Shown here piece by piece: positions 61,872-64,000 of a stretch of 64,000 nt of DNA. Source of the DNA: Lates japonicus (Eukaryota); NCBI GenBank assembly GCA_033238685.1, contig BRZM01000133.1, positions 92,481 to 156,480 of the forward strand. The letters run 5' to 3'. The position numbers and the translations under genes were made by a program. The notes under the pieces were generated by a model. It had not been told where the DNA came from and ran no database searches. It saw nothing but the letters and a program-made list of their open reading frames with translations. The stretch's first letter is position 1; the number at the start of each line of letters is the position of its first letter.

Positions 61872-64000
61872 TACTAGATCGACTATAACCGACTTCACCA
61901 CTTCAGAGTGTCCGTACTACAGCCAGGTGCAGGTATGTCCGTTCAGAGACCTCATGACCGGCCCGGAGCGCAGCACTGACTGGACGCTTTTCCCCTGCCA
62001 GGCGAATGTGCGCGGATGATCCCCTGCAGGAACGCGACCACCACAACATAAACAGGTCAATATCATCCTCTGCTGCTCACAGTCACCTTTATTGAATGTG
62101 CTCTAGTCTGACTCAGGTTTTATCAGAAACAGGATAGTCGCCAACCCCACCCTGATCCACAGACAGACAGACAAATAGAGGCAAAACATAAATGCTTTTT
62201 GTTGGGGTCTATTTTCATGCGGATTAACGTACATTTGGTGCTGGAGGAGTATTTGGGCAGTGTGTGTGTGTGTGTGTGTAAAGCATGCCAAGGTCCTGAT
62301 GTCCATGTGGCCTGAGCCCAGCAGAGCAGGATGGCAGCCTGTGGTCCTGTGAGAGCAGCGTGGTGGTGGGTCAGAACCTGAGAGGGGCCAAGGTCACAGC
62401 AGGTGGGGGTTAACATACATATAGAGGCAGATCTGTGCTGTTACAACAAAACCATCAGTTAATGAACAGATTCGTTAATAGGACTTAAACAGCTTACCAT
62501 AGACGACACTGACTCTTTATGTGAACAGCTCAGATCAGATCAGAGACAAACCCCATCAGTTGCACCACGAATATCTGGAAGTTCTATTTAATAGACCAAA
62601 GCACAGACTCTTGTTCACATTATAACAAATTGCTTCCAGCTATTGAATCTGAGAATTTGTCGTTTGAATCTGTGAACTGCATCATTCATCAGACAAACCT
62701 GAGGTTTAACTCAGTTGTTTGACCTGAGTTCTCTGGTTTGAATCACGCGTGTTTGTGCCGAGTCCGACCGACATTTAGTCATATCTGGTTTAACGAAGCT
62801 CGATGAAGACGAGAGGACGAGAAAACAATGACTCCATCGCATTAACGACAAACCTTTGAGCAGCTGCAGGTGGCGAGAAACAACGAGTCTGATTTATAAC
62901 AGCACAATGTGACAAATTCAACCAATGATGGAGCAGGAAACAGCCTCAGAGCTCAGAGCCTCACACTCACTCAAACACACTCAAATGTGGAGGAAGCAGC
63001 ATCAGAACGGACTCCAGGTGTCATGGGACAGTTACAGCATCAAAACAAACACCCCTCACTGCCTTCTCTTGCCAAACGTGGTGGTTTGTCACACCGCCTG
63101 GCCAGGTGAGGTCAAGGAGAGGCACTGTGTATATATAGACGAGCCAAGCAACACGACAAATTCTACGAACGCAGGAGAGTGAAGTGGACTGATGTTCACA
63201 ACTAGACGCTCAACTTATTAATGATGAAAACCCGAAACAGTCAGGAGTCTGAAATAAACCAGGTGTAACATCAACAGTCAATGAATCCAACAGGAGTATT
63301 TCCATGAGGTGACTAGGTGTTGTGGTGTTACCTGCAATTTGTAGTGGTCCATCGCCTGACTCACCAGTCTGACTCTCCTCCTGTTATCACCCAGCTTAAA
63401 GCAAAACCAGACACCAAACATCATCATTCAATATCACCTTCACTGATGTATGGGATCGCCAGGACGGTTTCAGGTCCGATCTGTCTCGCTCAGGTTCAGA
63501 CGCTAGTGAGTCTCTTTACTGAAGCTTCAATCAGCCTGCAGTGGTTTTTATCAGCAAAGAATAAGTGTGTCGGTATCGCTGCATTAAAGAGTAATATTAG
63601 ATTAATTTAACAGCTGTGAATTTAACACCAGCTGAAGATTAGACTGGGTCTGACGTACATTACTCCTGAAACTAAACAGAAACGTGTTTGACTCTACGAA
63701 GGTAAAAGACGACGAACAATGATTTTGTATTTTCGTTAAACTTTAGATCAAGGTCAAATAAAGAGCTGAGATTCTCAGCACGAGGTTTCTAATATGACCA
63801 GCGAGCAGCTCTGGGTTATTGAGTTAAACGTTATATGAGGATTCATTTCAGACACATGATTTAAATCTCTGATGAACTCGCCATGTGTTAAAGAATCACA
63901 ACTCAGTTCTGTTTAAGAAACACTGAGACAAACACAACAAATCTTCTATCCTACAATTGTTGCAGGAACAGTTTAACTGAATTTACAGAGAATTTAATCA

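Overview
This window is vertebrate nuclear DNA, most likely from a teleost fish, not a prokaryotic locus. It has spliced multi-exon genes with GT/AG introns, (CA)n/(GT)n microsatellites, LINE reverse-transcriptase fragments, a palindromic MITE family and an interstitial (TTAGGG)n array. I could support three protein-coding genes. A small dispanin/CD225-type gene that matches PRRT2 lies on the + strand at about 5.6-8.0 kb. Major vault protein (MVP) lies on the - strand, with 16 coding exons from 37832 down to 26170. A CASKIN-family scaffold gene lies on the - strand, from its stop codon at 44673 up to at least 55215. It carries an SH3 domain, a Ser-rich linker, two tandem SAM domains, a roughly 565-aa Pro/Ser-rich exon and a conserved C-terminal motif on its own terminal exon. 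PRRT2 next to MVP reproduces the human 16p11.2 gene neighbourhood. The 8-26 kb interval between PRRT2 and MVP has no convincing gene. It is dominated by repeats. The most unusual structure is an interstitial telomeric array at 21.2-21.8 kb, flanked by roughly 38-bp minisatellites and by three copies of a unit of about 470 bp. Two of those copies are direct and one is inverted. I found no operon, CRISPR array or defence-island-like system. All exon coordinates are anchored on the supplied ORF track plus splice-site reading and may be off by a few bases. No homology search was run. Protein identities rest on recalled family sequences.
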